This document shows positions 33,471 to 34,652 of a DNA stretch of 34,652 nucleotides, piece after piece (position 1 is the stretch's first letter; the number at the start of each line of letters is the position of its first letter). The position numbers were made by a program, and so were the translations under genes. The stretch covers positions 62,001 to 96,652 of the forward strand of contig JALXBF010000183.1 of the NCBI GenBank assembly GCA_026991575.1, given 5' to 3'. The DNA is from Planctomycetota bacterium (GTDB lineage Bacteria > Planctomycetota > Planctomycetia > JALXBF01). The notes below the pieces were generated by a model. That model was given only the letters and a program-made list of their open reading frames with translations, made no database searches and was not told the DNA's origin.

Positions 33471-34652
33471 TCACGCCATGGCCTGCGGTGGCTGCGTCGC
33501 AAGCTGCTCGATCGTTTCAGCAGCGGCCCGGTAGGCTTGGGCCACGCAGTCGTTGACGGAAACACCGTCCAGAAAGTTTCCCAAGCAGCGGATGCCCCGG
33601 TAGCGCGCCAGCACCGTTCGGAGCTTCGCGATGCGTTCCAGATGGCCCGGCTCGGGAATCGGAATCGCCCGCTGCCAGCGGATGATCTTCTGAAAACACG
33701 GCGTCGCGCGCACGCCCATGGCACGCTGCAACTCATCGAGCACGGTGGTTACGATGGTCCGGTCGTCGGCCTGTACCAGCTCAGGCCGTTCCAGCCCACC
33801 GACCATGGCACGCAGCAGCACGTGGCCCTCGGGCGCCCGGCCGGGGAAGACCGTCGAACTCCACAGGACCCCCAACACGCCGCGACGATAGCGACTGGGG
33901 ACCAGGAATCCGAAGCCTCGCAACGGATGGGCGAACTCGTCACGGCGAAATCCAACCGCGACAACCGCCAGAGGCACAAAGCGGATGGCTGCCAACAGGC
34001 GCCCTGCGTCCATATCAAAGGTTTGTAGCAGATTTGCCTGACCGTGCGCGTCGAGCGCCAACACCAGCTGGTCACTTCGCCACACCTTGCCGTTCTCCGC
34101 AACGGCCACCCATTGTCCGTCCATAAATCCCAGCTGACTGATCCGTACTCCCGTCTGCACGCTATCCCCTAGACGCTGCGCAAGAGCCTCGGTGAGTGTC
34201 CCCATCCCGGAGCGGAAACTCCACAGACCCCGCCGCGGAAACTGCTCCGGCAGTGCCTGCTCGTATGGTTCCGGCTCGCGCCGCCTCAACCCCGACCGCA
34301 CCAGACCCAACAGCACCGAGCCGTACTGCTGCTCCCAGTGCCAGAGCTGACCGAATGCAGCACGTACGGAGACCTGTTCTGGAGCAACCCCGTAGATGCC
34401 GGCACAAGCAGCATCGATTACGATTTCCGTTACCTCCGCGCCGAAACGGCGCGTTGCCCAGGCCTTGAGCGTCGGGTCGTCGTTAGCCGGCCAACGAGGA
34501 ACGAGCGGCTCCCTGAGCAACCGTGCTTTCGCAGACCAACTTAGCAGCGAGCTGCGCGCGAACTGGATGAGCCCCAACGGCAAGGGTTTCAGCACGCCAT
34601 CGCGATAGATGTACCGCCATCGAGCCTCCGGAGCAGCTCGGACAAGCTGATC
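33471..34652 (-). CDS. hemY: Protoporphyrinogen/coproporphyrinogen oxidase (HemY/HemG family), 5' end beyond the window
   Basis: Frame open to the window end (DQLVRAAPEARWRYIYRDG...); GIYG, GSVLLG, SFRSGMGTL, GFGFLVP, WSSTVFPGRAPEG, GNFLDGVSVNDCV. Confidence 0.92.
   Translation of the reverse strand, partial: DQLVRAAPEARWRYIYRDGVLKPLPLGLIQFARSSLLSWSAKARLLREPLVPRWPANDDPTLKAWATRRFGAEVTEIVIDAACAGIYGVAPEQVSVRAAFGQLWHWEQQYGSVLLGLVRSGLRRREPEPYEQALPEQFPRRGLWSFRSGMGTLTEALAQRLGDSVQTGVRISQLGFMDGQWVAVAENGKVWRSDQLVLALDAHGQANLLQTFDMDAGRLLAAIRFVPLAVVAVGFRRDEFAHPLRGFGFLVPSRYRRGVLGVLWSSTVFPGRAPEGHVLLRAMVGGLERPELVQADDRTIVTTVLDELQRAMGVRATPCFQKIIRWQRAIPIPEPGHLERIAKLRTVLARYRGIRCLGNFLDGVSVNDCVAQAYRAAAETIEQLATQPPQAMA

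Noticed and set aside
1..34652. Mobile elements, prophage, defence systems, tRNA/rRNA
   Set aside because: No transposase, integrase, phage or defence motifs, no tRNA cloverleaf and no obvious compositional island were seen by eye.

Overview
GC-rich bacterial chromosome segment, very probably from a planctomycete. The evidence is two proteins with the LEPR-XLL / 'planctomycete extracellular' leader, an exported sulfatase, ThuA and FG-GAP proteins, and a YtrA-ABC operon with a very large permease. About 25 CDSs. Left part: fatty acid desaturase; a divergent pair of LEPR-XLL-leader proteins (a PPC/Ig-like protein and a matrixin metalloprotease); HEAT protein; sulfatase; CinA-like/nucleotidyltransferase fusion; exported rhodanese with a Cys-rich N-terminus; Maf; M28 peptidase; membrane protein; ABM protein. 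Middle: ThuA protein and exported methyltransferase; GntR(YtrA)-ABC operon with a clear promoter/operator; SMP-30/FG-GAP fusion. Right part: two paralogous ~570-aa exported proteins flanking Mn-SOD and a TM-type RNase Z-like gene; a Cys-rich ORF ahead of czcB/czcA-like RND genes; partial hemY/hemG. I saw no tRNA, rRNA, CRISPR array, transposase or prophage. The most notable unexplained signals are a ~190-nt multi-stem element with a possible pseudoknot (5607-5796) and other strongly self-complementary spacers, the divergent LEPR-XLL pair, the Cys-rich putative leader of the metal-efflux operon, and the paralog pair around sodA. All calls come from reading motifs by eye; no searches or folding programs were run.
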